NCBI GenBank assembly: GCA_000434195.1
Contig: HF994452.1
Location: 1,829-65,828, forward strand
From: Clostridium sp. CAG:780
Lineage (GTDB): Bacteria > Bacillota > Clostridia > TANB77 > CAG-508
Reading direction: 5' to 3'
Length of the DNA stretch: 64,000 nucleotides
Shown: one piece after another, positions 8,927 to 19,629 of the stretch
Layout: every line of letters begins with the position of its first letter
Position numbering within the stretch: position 1 is the stretch's first letter
Made by a program: the position numbers and the translations under genes
Notes under the pieces: generated by a model
Told to the model about the DNA's origin: nothing
The model's database searches: none
Seen by the model: only the letters and a program-made list of their open reading frames with translations

Positions 8927-10720
8927 ATGAAAAAATATAAAAGTAATATAATTTCACTTATTTTGGCGATTGTACTGCTGATTTTCATTTGGCATAATTT
9001 CTTAATTAGTGGAAACAACATAATATTTGTATTTATATTTGCTAGTGCTTATATCACAATAAAGAGAACGATTGCAAATAAAAGTTTTTTTGATAAAAAT
9101 AAAATGATTAACATTGGTGTAATTGCACTATTATTTTCAATGATAGAAATTATTTGTAAGAATATAGGTACAGGAAATCCAACAAATAATATTATAAACA
9201 AATGGCTAATCGTAAATTTTATGGGATATTTCATAATATCTGGAATAATAATTTTTTGGCTTTATCATATCTTTGAAAACTTGAGATTCCAATTTGGGAA
9301 TAGAGAGCTCTTTAAAGAGGATCGATATAAATGGTTGAAGAATGAAAAATTTATAACTGTGATGAACATAATAGTTATATTTGTTGCTTGGATACCTTTC
9401 TTCCTTAGATTTTATCCTGGAATAGTGACATCGGACTCGTATTCTCAAATAGAGCAGACAATAGGATTGATTGGCTTAAGTGATCACCATCCTATAACAC
9501 ATACTGCGATAATTGGAATATTTATTAATATTGGATTAAAGTTAACAAATAATATAAATATTGGAATAGCTTTATATAGCATTTTTTCTATGATAGCAAT
9601 GGCTACAATGGATGCTTTAGTTTTAAAATATCTAAGAAAAAAGAAAGTTCCTTCAATGATTTGCCTTATGGTACTATTGTTTTACGCTCTATACCCGATC
9701 AATGCAATATATTCAATAACAATGTGGAAAGATGTATTGTTTTCAGGCATGATGTCAATATTTATAATCCAGAACATAGAGCTTGTAACTAATACAGATG
9801 AGTTTTTACAAAAGAAGAGAAATATTGTATTATATATACTTGTTTCGATACTTACAATTCTACTAAGACATAATGGTTTATATGTGGTAATGATTACTTT
9901 GATAGCTACATTAATTCCACTAAGAAAATACTGGAAGAAGTTATTGATGATGTTTATAATAATATTAGTAGTATATGAGAGCCATAAGATAATCACATTT
10001 AATGTGTTGAAAGCCGAAAAGAGTTCTGTTGCGGAGATGTTATCAGTTCCAATTCAACAAATTGCAAGGACTGTTAAATATAATATTGATGATATAAATG
10101 AAGAAACAATAGAAGAAATTAATAAATATTTCATAATTGAAAATGTTTGGGAAAATTATGATCCAACTTTATCAGATCCTGTTAAGTTTAAATTTAATAC
10201 CCAGTATTTTAATGATAATAAATTAGAATTTATCAAAATCTGGATAGAATTATTTACTAAGTATCCAAAAGATTATATAATTGCAACAATATCAAACTCT
10301 TATGGCTATTATTATCCAGAAGCTAAAAACACAATGGCAAGTTGGGCAACATTGGACCATAATAATATGGGAATAAAGCAAACACCCGTAATAAAAGGAG
10401 AAGAAGTGGAAGAAATATTGGTAACAGCTGAATCGAGAGATATTCCTGTAATTAGCCTTATCTTTAGCATTGGAGCCGGTGTTTGGTTGACTATTATAGC
10501 ATTGGGATATAAAATTTATAAAAAAGAATATAAATATATATTGGCGTATTTACCAATAATTGTATTATGGTTAACATTACTTGCTTCACCTGCGTATTGT
10601 GAATATAGATATGCATATCCTATATTCTTAGCATTACCAATATATATATCAATGAACTTTATAAACAGAAAGGAAGAAAAAGATGGAGAAAATAGCAGTA
10701 TTAATACCTTGCTACAATGA
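8927..10720 (+). CDS. large polytopic membrane protein, putative GT-C-type glycosyltransferase or polymerase
   Basis: 597 aa with many hydrophobic segments and a large soluble loop near the C-terminus. It sits directly upstream of a polyprenyl-phosphate GT2. Function is inferred from context only. Confidence 0.5.
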   Translation: MKKYKSNIISLILAIVLLIFIWHNFLISGNNIIFVFIFASAYITIKRTIANKSFFDKNKMINIGVIALLFSMIEIICKNIGTGNPTNNIINKWLIVNFMGYFIISGIIIFWLYHIFENLRFQFGNRELFKEDRYKWLKNEKFITVMNIIVIFVAWIPFFLRFYPGIVTSDSYSQIEQTIGLIGLSDHHPITHTAIIGIFINIGLKLTNNINIGIALYSIFSMIAMATMDALVLKYLRKKKVPSMICLMVLLFYALYPINAIYSITMWKDVLFSGMMSIFIIQNIELVTNTDEFLQKKRNIVLYILVSILTILLRHNGLYVVMITLIATLIPLRKYWKKLLMMFIIILVVYESHKIITFNVLKAEKSSVAEMLSVPIQQIARTVKYNIDDINEETIEEINKYFIIENVWENYDPTLSDPVKFKFNTQYFNDNKLEFIKIWIELFTKYPKDYIIATISNSYGYYYPEAKNTMASWATLDHNNMGIKQTPVIKGEEVEEILVTAESRDIPVISLIFSIGAGVWLTIIALGYKIYKKEYKYILAYLPIIVLWLTLLASPAYCEYRYAYPIFLALPIYISMNFINRKEEKDGENSSINTLLQ

Positions 10721-11621
10721 GGAATTAACGATTGAAAAAGTAATAAAAGATTTTAGAAAAGAATTACCGGAAGCAGATATCTATGTATATAATAACAATT
10801 CAAAAGATAGAACTAAAGAAATAGCTATCAAAAATGGCGCAATAGTTGTAGATGAATATAAGCAAGGAAAAGGCAATGTCGTAAGAAGCCAATTTAGAGA
10901 TATCGAAGCTGATATATATGTAATGGTGGATGGAGATGATACGTATCCAGCTGAATTTGTACACCAATTAATTGAGCCTGTAAGAAATGGACAAGCTGAC
11001 ATGACAATAGGAGATAGACTTTCAAACGGAACATATCAAAAAGAGAATAAAAGACCATTCCATGAATTTGGAAATAATTTAGTAAAAAAGGCAATAAATG
11101 TACTATTTGATACGAAACTTAAAGATATAATGACAGGCTATAGAGTGTTTAACAAAAGGTTTGTAAAAAATATGCCGGTTCTAAGTCCAAAATTTGAGAT
11201 AGAAACAGAAATGTCTTTATATGCATTGGATAAAAAATATATAATTAAAGAGATTCCAATTGTGTATAGAGATAGACCAGAAGGAAGCTCTTCAAAGCTA
11301 AATACAGTTGGAGATGGAATAAAGGTTGTAAAAACAATAGCAAGAATGTTTAAAGACTATAAGCCATTTAAATTCTTTGGATTAATAGCTCTAATCTTAT
11401 TTATTATAGGATTAGCAATAGGCATTCCGGTATTAGTAGAATTCTTCAAAACAGCATATATTACTAAAGTCCCATCTGCAATACTTGCAACTGGATTTAT
11501 GGGATTAGCAGCTGTGTCTTTACAATGTGGAATTGTATTAGATACTATTACTAGACAGCATAAAGAAGATTATGAACTAAACCTTTTGAGATATGAACAA
11601 ATAGAAAAACTAAAAAAGTAA
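10683..11621 (+). CDS. GT2 polyprenyl-phosphate glycosyltransferase (GtrB/CsbB-like)
   Basis: IAVLIPCYNEE and VDGDDTYP, plus a C-terminal pair of TM helices (FFGLIALILFIIGLAIGIPVLV...), as in GtrB/CsbB-type enzymes. Confidence 0.7.
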   Translation: MEKIAVLIPCYNEELTIEKVIKDFRKELPEADIYVYNNNSKDRTKEIAIKNGAIVVDEYKQGKGNVVRSQFRDIEADIYVMVDGDDTYPAEFVHQLIEPVRNGQADMTIGDRLSNGTYQKENKRPFHEFGNNLVKKAINVLFDTKLKDIMTGYRVFNKRFVKNMPVLSPKFEIETEMSLYALDKKYIIKEIPIVYRDRPEGSSSKLNTVGDGIKVVKTIARMFKDYKPFKFFGLIALILFIIGLAIGIPVLVEFFKTAYITKVPSAILATGFMGLAAVSLQCGIVLDTITRQHKEDYELNLLRYEQIEKLKK

Positions 11622-11738
11622 AAAAATAACAGAAAAAAATGATAAAAAACTATTCTCTCTTTCATATTTTTGTGATAGAATATAATTGTACAAAAAAGTA
11701 TAAAATTCGACATGATAAAAAGGTAGGAGAGAAACAAA

Positions 11739-14510
11739 ATGATGATAGATAATAAAAAAAATATAATAAAAGCGACATTATTTAGTGCAATACTATTAGT
11801 ATTATGCACATTGACTAATGTGGCTTTTTCTGCTAATAATGGACAAGAATTGGAAGATGGTATTTATACCATTAAATCGGCACTAAATGAACAATATGTA
11901 TTAGATATTGAAGCAAGCTCACAAAAAGATGGAGGAAATCTAGAACTATGGAACAATGGCAATACTGATAACCAAAGGTTCATATTGAAGTATTTAGGAG
12001 ATGGCTCATATAGTATTGTAGCGTTACATTCAAGAAAAGCAATAGATGTTGAAGAGGGAAGAAAAGAAAAAGGAACTAATATATTGCAATGGAGCTACCA
12101 TGGCGGAAATAACCAGAGATGGATAATCAAAAGTGCAGGAAATGGCAATTTTAATATCATCTCAAAAGGAAATGGTTTATACTTAGATATCCCAAATTCT
12201 AAAGCAGGAAATGGTTCAAATGTTCAAGTGTGGACTCAGAATGGAGCAAAAAATCAGGAGTTCAAATTTGTAAAGCAAGACGACAATAAGGGAACTAAAA
12301 CAATAGACAATGGAATTTATCTAATTGAATCAAGTGCTGATACATCAAAGACACTTGAGATTCCACGTAGCTCTTTAGTGACAGGTGAACAACTAGGAGT
12401 TTGGAACAAAAATTCAACTGTAAACCAAAAATTTGAATTTACATATAGGGATAACGGATATTACACAATAAGTGCTATTCATTCTGACAAATATCTAGAT
12501 ATAAGTGGAGGTTCTAAGAATGATGGCGCAGAAGTAATACAATGGAATTACCATGGTGGAAACAATCAACAATGGAAGATACAGGATGCAGGTAACGGAT
12601 ATTTTAATATAATATCTAGATGTAACGGATTATACTTAACTATTGATGGAACAAGTGTAAAAACGTGTAAAGAAAACACATCATTAATTCAAAAGTTTAA
12701 GTTTGAAAAGCCTGGAACAACTATAACGGGAGAAAAAACAATAGAAGATGGCAGATATATAATTGCTTCAAAAGTAAACACATCATATGTAATAGATATA
12801 CCAGCTAGCTCAACAAAAAATGGAGAAATCATTGAGATATGGAGAAATAGATTAACAGACAATCAGAGATTTGATGTGAAATATTTAGGAAACGGCTATT
12901 ATACAATTAAGGCGGTACATTCAGGAAAGGCGTTAGAAGTACCAAATAATGCTATGAAAATAGGAACAAAAATTACTCAAAATGCAGATAATACATCTGA
13001 TTCTCAACAATGGATAATAAAAAAGGCAGAAGGCGAATATTATTATATAATATCTAAGTCAAGTGAGTTGTACATGGAAATAGATAAACAAGAAGCAAAA
13101 CCTGGAGTTAATTTGCAAATACAAAACCACACAGGTTATGATATGCAAAAATTCAAATTCTGTAATCCTAACACGTTGATAGATATAGATGACAATAAGT
13201 ATCCGGGATATAAGGAAAGTTTAGAAAACTTAAAATTAGCACATCCAAATTGGAATTTTAAATTCTTGTATACAGGATTAAATTTCTCAGATGCAGTATC
13301 TGGAGAATATGAGGTGCGTTCGGCTAACTTAGTTCCAACTTCATATGGTGGAGAATGGATTAGTGGAACAGCTTTATATGACACAGGATGGTATGGAGCT
13401 TCAGAAAAAGCAATCGCTCGTTTTATGGATCCTAGAAATTTCTTAAATGAAGTAGATGTATTCCAGTTCCAAGATGTAAACGACTATTTATATGGAGTAT
13501 GCACATTAGAGGGAATACAAGAACAAGTAAATAATTCATTCTTAAAAGATTACGCAACAGATATTGATACTGCTTGTAGAAATGAAAATGTAAATCCATA
13601 TTATATAATAGCAAGATTATTCCAAGAAAACGGAAGAAATCCAAGCAATGGTACATATAAAATGAATGGAGGAGATGGCAAGTATTATTACAATCCATTT
13701 AATATAGGAGCAACAGGAAATTCAAAATCAGAAGTATATAACAATGCATTAGCAAGAGCAAAAAGAGAAGGTTGGGATACGATGGTAAAAGCTCTTCAAG
13801 GAGGAATATATTTCTGCAAGAAGAACTGGCTTGAAAATTATCAAAACACGTTATATCAAAACAAATTTGATATAGACTCAACAAATGGAACCTCTTTATA
13901 CTCTCATCAATACATGCAAAATCTATTTGGCGCATACAATGAAGCAAAATCTTTACAGGGTATGTATGATAAAACAGGCAGACTAGATTCAGACTTTACT
14001 TTCATAATTCCATTATATGAAAATATGCCAAAAGATCTTTCTCCAGAGCCTAAAAACAATCAAGAGAGCTATATTATAAATGTAAAAACAACAGGAACTG
14101 AAATTAGAATAAGAAAAGAAGCTTCAACAGATTCTGAGATATTAAGAGAAATAGCAGACAAAGGAACAGTTCTTTTATCTGTACAAAGAGGAATAAACTC
14201 AAATTGGCATAAAGTAGTCACAAAGGATGGATTAATCGGATATGTTTCTGGTGCATGGTTAGAACAAATTGATGATGTAAAAACTTGTAACTATTCAGCA
14301 AAAGTAAAAACAAATGACGGAAAAGGATGCTACATAAGAATTGGACCAAGTACTAGATTAGACATGGCAGGAAGTGGCTTATCTGATGGAACATATGTTA
14401 CAGTTATAGATGATTCAACATACAAAAATATAGATGGATATGACTGGAGCAGAATAATGTTATCAAATGGAAGGCAAGCTTTTATGCCAAGCAGATATTT
14501 AACAAGATAA
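11739..14510 (+). CDS. secreted cell-wall hydrolase: 3 ricin-B lectin modules + GH73 N-acetylglucosaminidase + 2 SH3b domains
   Basis: Signal peptide. Three units of about 140 aa with repeated Q-x-W/NQ-x-F motifs (NNQRWII, NQEFKF, NNQQWKI, SQQWII). YYIIARLFQENG...YYNPFNIGATG is GH73-like. C-terminal SH3b-like repeats (NWHKVVTKDGLIGYV, YDWSRIMLSNGRQAFM). Confidence 0.7.
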   Translation: MMIDNKKNIIKATLFSAILLVLCTLTNVAFSANNGQELEDGIYTIKSALNEQYVLDIEASSQKDGGNLELWNNGNTDNQRFILKYLGDGSYSIVALHSRKAIDVEEGRKEKGTNILQWSYHGGNNQRWIIKSAGNGNFNIISKGNGLYLDIPNSKAGNGSNVQVWTQNGAKNQEFKFVKQDDNKGTKTIDNGIYLIESSADTSKTLEIPRSSLVTGEQLGVWNKNSTVNQKFEFTYRDNGYYTISAIHSDKYLDISGGSKNDGAEVIQWNYHGGNNQQWKIQDAGNGYFNIISRCNGLYLTIDGTSVKTCKENTSLIQKFKFEKPGTTITGEKTIEDGRYIIASKVNTSYVIDIPASSTKNGEIIEIWRNRLTDNQRFDVKYLGNGYYTIKAVHSGKALEVPNNAMKIGTKITQNADNTSDSQQWIIKKAEGEYYYIISKSSELYMEIDKQEAKPGVNLQIQNHTGYDMQKFKFCNPNTLIDIDDNKYPGYKESLENLKLAHPNWNFKFLYTGLNFSDAVSGEYEVRSANLVPTSYGGEWISGTALYDTGWYGASEKAIARFMDPRNFLNEVDVFQFQDVNDYLYGVCTLEGIQEQVNNSFLKDYATDIDTACRNENVNPYYIIARLFQENGRNPSNGTYKMNGGDGKYYYNPFNIGATGNSKSEVYNNALARAKREGWDTMVKALQGGIYFCKKNWLENYQNTLYQNKFDIDSTNGTSLYSHQYMQNLFGAYNEAKSLQGMYDKTGRLDSDFTFIIPLYENMPKDLSPEPKNNQESYIINVKTTGTEIRIRKEASTDSEILREIADKGTVLLSVQRGINSNWHKVVTKDGLIGYVSGAWLEQIDDVKTCNYSAKVKTNDGKGCYIRIGPSTRLDMAGSGLSDGTYVTVIDDSTYKNIDGYDWSRIMLSNGRQAFMPSRYLTR

Positions 14511-14514
14511 ATAT

Positions 14515-14540
14515 AAGGGGCACAACGACATATGCCCCTT
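14515..14540 (+). terminator. GC-rich hairpin aaggggca/tgcccctt after the autolysin gene
   Basis: 8-bp perfect stem read directly. The downstream sequence is A-rich rather than T-rich, so it is an atypical terminator. Confidence 0.4.
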
Positions 14541-14567
14541 AAATAAAATAAAAAGAGGAATTATATA

Positions 14568-15194
14568 ATGAAAAATAAAACAAGAAATATTATAATAACT
14601 TTAACAATTATCGCAGGACTACTATTTACTAACACTGTATATGCATCATTTGCAGAAATGGATGATGCAACTTCGGACAAACAAAGAAATGAACAATTAC
14701 AAGAACAAGAACAACAAGATAAAGAAAATCTTGGCAAATCAAGTAACAATTATCTAAAAGGAATATCAGTTAAAGATTTAAAATTAACTCCTCAATTTGA
14801 TAAGCAAACCATTGATTATACAATAGAGGAAGAGTTAGATGTTGACGCAATAGAAATAAGTGCAGATTTAGACGATTCGAGAGCAAAAATATCAGGAGCA
14901 GGAATAATCAAATTAGAGCCTGGAGAAAATAATATAAGAATAGATGTTACTGCAGAGAACGGAACAGTAAGAACATATCATATAAAAGTAACTAGAAAAG
15001 GACAAAAGACAACAACGGAAAATAAAGAGAAAAATACAGATGTTAATGGCTTACAAGAAAACACTGCAGAAACAGTAGCTACACCTGTAAAAAAGAATAA
15101 TCAGAACACTTTTGTTACAATAGTAATAGTTATTGCAGTACTAGTTATCTTATATATATTAGCAAATAAGTCAAAGGGCAAGAGAAGAAAATAA
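14568..15194 (+). CDS. membrane-anchored surface protein with cadherin-like beta-sandwich domain
   Basis: Signal peptide. LKGISVKDLKLTPQFDKQTIDYT...NIRIDVTAENGTVRTYHIKV is typical of the cadherin-like domain. C-terminal TM segment plus KSKGKRRK. Confidence 0.55.
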   Translation: MKNKTRNIIITLTIIAGLLFTNTVYASFAEMDDATSDKQRNEQLQEQEQQDKENLGKSSNNYLKGISVKDLKLTPQFDKQTIDYTIEEELDVDAIEISADLDDSRAKISGAGIIKLEPGENNIRIDVTAENGTVRTYHIKVTRKGQKTTTENKEKNTDVNGLQENTAETVATPVKKNNQNTFVTIVIVIAVLVILYILANKSKGKRRK

Positions 15195-15241
15195 ACAATT
15201 AGAGTAATTATCACAAAAATCATGAACAAGGAAAAATAAAT

Positions 15242-16777
15242 ATGCAAAAAGAATTATCAAAAAAGAACAAAATAAAAAACAAAAACCATTGTAGAATTTT
15301 TACAATGGAAAATCTTTTATGCTTACTTATAATAATATGTCCTATATTAGACGTATCTAGCTTTATATTTAGAAACTTTTTTAATACCAATTTCTCGATA
15401 TCAACATTTGTAAGACCGATTATACCAATAGTTGCAATTACATACATATTTTTTAAGGATAAAATTAAACCGCAAATAATAATTGCAGGAATAGCATATC
15501 TTGGATATGCTATTTGCCATGTTTATATTTTTTATAAAATAAAAACTGGATGCGCTTATGGAAATGAATTAAGAGAAATCCAGTACTTGGTAAATTATAC
15601 ATTTATGGTAATGAATTTGTTTATATACATATACTTTTTTGCTGTAAAAAACAGAGAAAAAGAAATAACTCAACAAACAGTAGGCAAATCTTTAGAAAAA
15701 GTGAAAAAAGCTGTATTGATAGCCTTGACAATTTATATAGTGTTGATGTATTTGGCATTAATTACAAAAACATCATCATTTACATATGGCGAAACACAAG
15801 TTGGCTATAAAGGATGGTTTGAATCTGGCAATAGTATTGGAACAATAATGTTGTTATCACTATTTATTGTATTGCCAATGCTAAATAAGGAAAATAAATT
15901 AGCGATAAGAATATGGGTACTTATGATAACAGTGTTAGTTGGAGCGTATTTATGCACGTTGCTAGGAACAAGAACAGGATTATTTGGGTTCATAATTGTT
16001 GTGATGGCTTACATTGCTTTTACAGTACTTTATAATTTATTAAACAAAAATAAATTAAATAAAAAAATATTAACGATTGGTGTTATAATATTAGTACTAG
16101 TAGGAATTGCAGTAACCATATTTGGCTCTAAGACTATAGAGCGCAGAAGAGAATTAAAAAATAAAGAAAATGAAATATATGACACAATGACTAACCAGAC
16201 TGCACATGTTACAGGAGACACTGTTGAATTAGTGAAAAAAATAAAAGCAGGTCAAATGGATGAAAACTATATGTCTGAAAGTATGCAACAAGCATATTTA
16301 AATTTATATAATATTGCAAACGAAAAACAAATATCGAATACGAATATGAGAACCTTACAATTAATATATCATTCAAATTTGATAAAGGAGCAAAATAGTA
16401 TACCAATGTTGTTATTCGGTAATGGATATATGTCACACTACTATGAAATGATATTCGAAATGGAAGTGCCAGCATTCTTGTTTAACTTTGGTGTAATAGG
16501 ATTTTTCTTGTATTTTATACCATTCTTGATAATAGCGGTATATGGAATTTACGTAATACTAAAGAAATTCAGAGTGGTAAAAGTAGAATTTGCAATGGCA
16601 CTATCTGGACTATGGTTTGCAATAATAATATCATTCTTATCGGGATATACATTCTTTAATTCGTCAACTATGATGATAATAATTGCACTATCTGTAATTG
16701 TAATAAACCAAATAAAAGATATAGATGATAATGAAGTAAAAATATATAATCCGGAGAAAGGAAACGATACTCTATGA
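15242..16777 (+). CDS. O-antigen ligase/polymerase-like polytopic membrane protein
   Basis: 511 aa with at least 10 hydrophobic segments and a hydrophilic loop (aa about 300-390), located in a glycan locus. Assignment is from topology and context only. Confidence 0.45.
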   Translation: MQKELSKKNKIKNKNHCRIFTMENLLCLLIIICPILDVSSFIFRNFFNTNFSISTFVRPIIPIVAITYIFFKDKIKPQIIIAGIAYLGYAICHVYIFYKIKTGCAYGNELREIQYLVNYTFMVMNLFIYIYFFAVKNREKEITQQTVGKSLEKVKKAVLIALTIYIVLMYLALITKTSSFTYGETQVGYKGWFESGNSIGTIMLLSLFIVLPMLNKENKLAIRIWVLMITVLVGAYLCTLLGTRTGLFGFIIVVMAYIAFTVLYNLLNKNKLNKKILTIGVIILVLVGIAVTIFGSKTIERRRELKNKENEIYDTMTNQTAHVTGDTVELVKKIKAGQMDENYMSESMQQAYLNLYNIANEKQISNTNMRTLQLIYHSNLIKEQNSIPMLLFGNGYMSHYYEMIFEMEVPAFLFNFGVIGFFLYFIPFLIIAVYGIYVILKKFRVVKVEFAMALSGLWFAIIISFLSGYTFFNSSTMMIIIALSVIVINQIKDIDDNEVKIYNPEKGNDTL

Positions 16778-17934
16778 ACAAAATAATATTTGGTATAACA
16801 GGTCTTACACTAGGTGGCGCCGAAAGGGTCTTAGTGGATATAGCAAATGCTCTTGTGGACAAATACGACATTACTATATTTACACTATATTCAAAAGGTG
16901 AACTTGAAAAAGAACTAGATAAAAAAATACATTTGATAAGTTTGTATGATTTTAAATATACTGAATTATCTAAATTCAAAAGAAAAATGATTCCGCTAAA
17001 AGTATTATTTAATCAAAAGAAAATATTTAAGGAATATATAGAAAAAGGAAATTATCACGCACAAATTGCATTTTTAGAAGGACCGATTACAAGAATATTT
17101 AGTACAAAAAGCAATGCTAAAAAAATAGCTTGGATACACAACGATATTTCCAAGGTGTTCGGAAAAAGTATTAAGGCCACAATAAAAAGAATATTAGATA
17201 GAAATATATATGAAAAATATGATACACTAGCTTTTGTTAGTGTGGACAACCTAGACAAATTTAACAAAGTATATGATGATATGGATTTGCCTCATGAGAC
17301 AGTAATACACAATTATATCAATGCAGAAAGAATACTAGAACTATCTGAGAAGGACGAAGAAGCAAAGAAGACTTTTAACTCAAGGGAATTAAATTTAGTT
17401 CAAGTTTCAAGACTAGTAGAACAAAAAGCAGTAGATAGATTAATTGATGTGCATGCAAAATTAATAAAACAAGGATATAAACATCATATATATGTAATTG
17501 GAGATGGTCCTTTAAGAGAAAAGCTACTGAAACAAATAAAGGAAAATAAAGTGGAAGATACATTTACAATACTTGGAGCCAAAAAGAATCCTTATCAATT
17601 TATGAAGAATGCTGATGCAGTATGTTTATTTTCTAAATTTGAAGGCTATCCAATGGTGCTAGAAGAAGCTAAAATATTAAGAAAATTTATATTGACAACT
17701 AATACTTCATCAAGAGAAGTGTTAATGGACTATTCGGGCAATAGTATAATAACAACAAATGATGAACAGGGAATAGAAAATGCAATAAAAAGCATAACAA
17801 AAAATAAAATGCAAAAAAATGAAAAAAATAATCAATATGTCTATGAAAATAATAAAATTATTGATAAAATAGTAAAGACAATCGAGCAGACAAAAAAGAA
17901 GGAAGAAGTAAAAGTAATGTGGAGGCAAGAATAA
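16774..17934 (+). CDS. glycosyltransferase family 4
   Basis: GITGLTLGGAERV and SKFEGYPMVLEEAKILRKFILTT. Start overlaps the upstream stop (ATGA). Confidence 0.75.
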   Translation: MNKIIFGITGLTLGGAERVLVDIANALVDKYDITIFTLYSKGELEKELDKKIHLISLYDFKYTELSKFKRKMIPLKVLFNQKKIFKEYIEKGNYHAQIAFLEGPITRIFSTKSNAKKIAWIHNDISKVFGKSIKATIKRILDRNIYEKYDTLAFVSVDNLDKFNKVYDDMDLPHETVIHNYINAERILELSEKDEEAKKTFNSRELNLVQVSRLVEQKAVDRLIDVHAKLIKQGYKHHIYVIGDGPLREKLLKQIKENKVEDTFTILGAKKNPYQFMKNADAVCLFSKFEGYPMVLEEAKILRKFILTTNTSSREVLMDYSGNSIITTNDEQGIENAIKSITKNKMQKNEKNNQYVYENNKIIDKIVKTIEQTKKKEEVKVMWRQE

Positions 17935-18827
17935 TGAAAATATCAATACTAACTCCGACTTACAATAGAGCAAATCTCTTGGACAAACTATATGCAAGTA
18001 TTTTAATAAATAGCAACAACTGTGGAGAAATGCAGATAGAATGGCTTATAATGGATGATGGCTCTACTGATAATACCAAAAGAGTAGTTGAAGAATATGT
18101 AAAAGAAAGAATAGTAGAAGTGCAGTATTTTCATCAGGACAACAAAGGCAAAATGGTAGCAATAAATGAACTCGTAAAAAAGGCTACAGGAGATTTAATA
18201 ATAGAATGTGATGATGATGACTTCTTTACAAAAGACGCATTTAAAATAATAGAACAGAGTTTGAAAAAATGTAAAGACATGGGAGATATATATGCATTAG
18301 TCTTCTTAAAATATACAACAAAAGGCGAGAATATGGGAAATAACTTCATAGAAGATAACTACCCAAGTACTATGTTCGACTTATATTTTAAAGAAGGAAT
18401 AACTGGAGAAAAAGCGCTAGTATATAATGCATCAATTAGAAAACAGTTTCAATATGAATTAGAAAATGACGAAAAGTTTGTTACAGAAGCAAGATTACAT
18501 CATAAAATGGACTTAAAATATGAAGTTAGATGTTTTAATAAACCAATAATGATATGCGAATACAAACCAGATGGATACACCAAGAACATAAATAAGATAT
18601 TTAAACAAAGCCCATATGGATATTTTGAATATTTTAAGGAAATATTTCATCAAGATATGCATGGAGTAACATTAAAAAAGAGAATGTATGTGTACAAGCA
18701 TTATATCTTATTTTCTGTGCTAACAAACCAAGAACATCCGATAAAACAGGTAGAAGGACTAGGAAACAAAGTGATGGTAGCACTTTTATACTTGCCAGGC
18801 AAATTGGCAACAAAAATAAAAATATAG
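17934..18827 (+). CDS. glycosyltransferase family 2
   Basis: ISILTPTYNRANLL, LIMDDGSTDNT and ECDDDD. ATG 17934 has ggagg upstream; the ORF track starts at 17919. Confidence 0.75.
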   Translation: MKISILTPTYNRANLLDKLYASILINSNNCGEMQIEWLIMDDGSTDNTKRVVEEYVKERIVEVQYFHQDNKGKMVAINELVKKATGDLIIECDDDDFFTKDAFKIIEQSLKKCKDMGDIYALVFLKYTTKGENMGNNFIEDNYPSTMFDLYFKEGITGEKALVYNASIRKQFQYELENDEKFVTEARLHHKMDLKYEVRCFNKPIMICEYKPDGYTKNINKIFKQSPYGYFEYFKEIFHQDMHGVTLKKRMYVYKHYILFSVLTNQEHPIKQVEGLGNKVMVALLYLPGKLATKIKI

Positions 18828-18830
18828 ATT

Positions 18831-18859
18831 TTGACAATAATAAATATGTGTATTATAAT
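18831..18859 (+). promoter_or_regulatory. consensus sigma-A promoter TTGACA-17-TATAAT upstream of the ABC exporter genes
   Basis: TTGACA at 18831-18836, TATAAT at 18854-18859, 17-nt spacer. Confidence 0.65.
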
Positions 18860-18891
18860 ATAGAAATCTAATAATAGGAAGGAATAATAAA

Positions 18892-19629
18892 ATGGCAAAG
18901 TCAGATAATAGAATTGTTGTTGAGCATGTATATAAAACATTCAATATATATATGGACAAGGCAAACAGCTTAAAAGAAAAATTGTTGTTTTGGAATAGAA
19001 ATAAAAAAGAAAAAAGAGAAGTTTTAAAAGATATTAATCTAACAATAAAAAATGGAGAAGCAGTAGCTTTAATAGGAGTAAATGGAAGCGGAAAGTCAAC
19101 ACTTCTAAAATTAATGACAAAAATTATTTATCCAAATAAAGGGAAAATAACAACATATGGAAAACTAACTTCATTACTAGAGTTGGGAGCAGGCTTTCAT
19201 CCTGATTTTTCTGGAAGAGAAAATATATATTTTAATGCTTCTATATTTGGACTTACCAAAAAAGAAATTGACGACAGAATAGATAAAATAATAGAATTCT
19301 CTGAGTTAGGAAGTTACATAGACAACCCAGTAAGAACATATTCTTCAGGAATGTATATGAGACTTGCTTTTGCGGTAGCTATAAATGTGGATGCGGATAT
19401 TTTACTAATAGATGAAATTTTAGCTGTTGGAGATCAACATTTTCAGGATAAATGTATTGCAAAAATGAAAGAATTAAAGGCTCAAGGAAAAACTATGGTA
19501 TTTGTAACTCATAGCATGAATACTGTAAAAGAGTTTTGCAGCAGAGCTGTATGGTTAAGCAATGGAGTCATAAAAATGGACGATGAACCAGACAAAGTAA
19601 TAGAAGAATATTTAAAGGAGACTTTATAA
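18892..19629 (+). CDS. tagH: teichoic acid/polysaccharide export ABC transporter ATP-binding protein
   Basis: Walker A GVNGSGKST, signature YSSGMYMRLAFA, Walker B ILLIDE. Immediately followed by an ABC-2 permease. Confidence 0.8.
   Translation: MAKSDNRIVVEHVYKTFNIYMDKANSLKEKLLFWNRNKKEKREVLKDINLTIKNGEAVALIGVNGSGKSTLLKLMTKIIYPNKGKITTYGKLTSLLELGAGFHPDFSGRENIYFNASIFGLTKKEIDDRIDKIIEFSELGSYIDNPVRTYSSGMYMRLAFAVAINVDADILLIDEILAVGDQHFQDKCIAKMKELKAQGKTMVFVTHSMNTVKEFCSRAVWLSNGVIKMDDEPDKVIEEYLKETL

Noticed and set aside
14515-14540. Bidirectional terminator between the autolysin and the cadherin-like gene
   Set aside because: All supported genes are on the + strand and the T-rich side of the hairpin faces the wrong way. 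It is retained only as a low-confidence hairpin feature.
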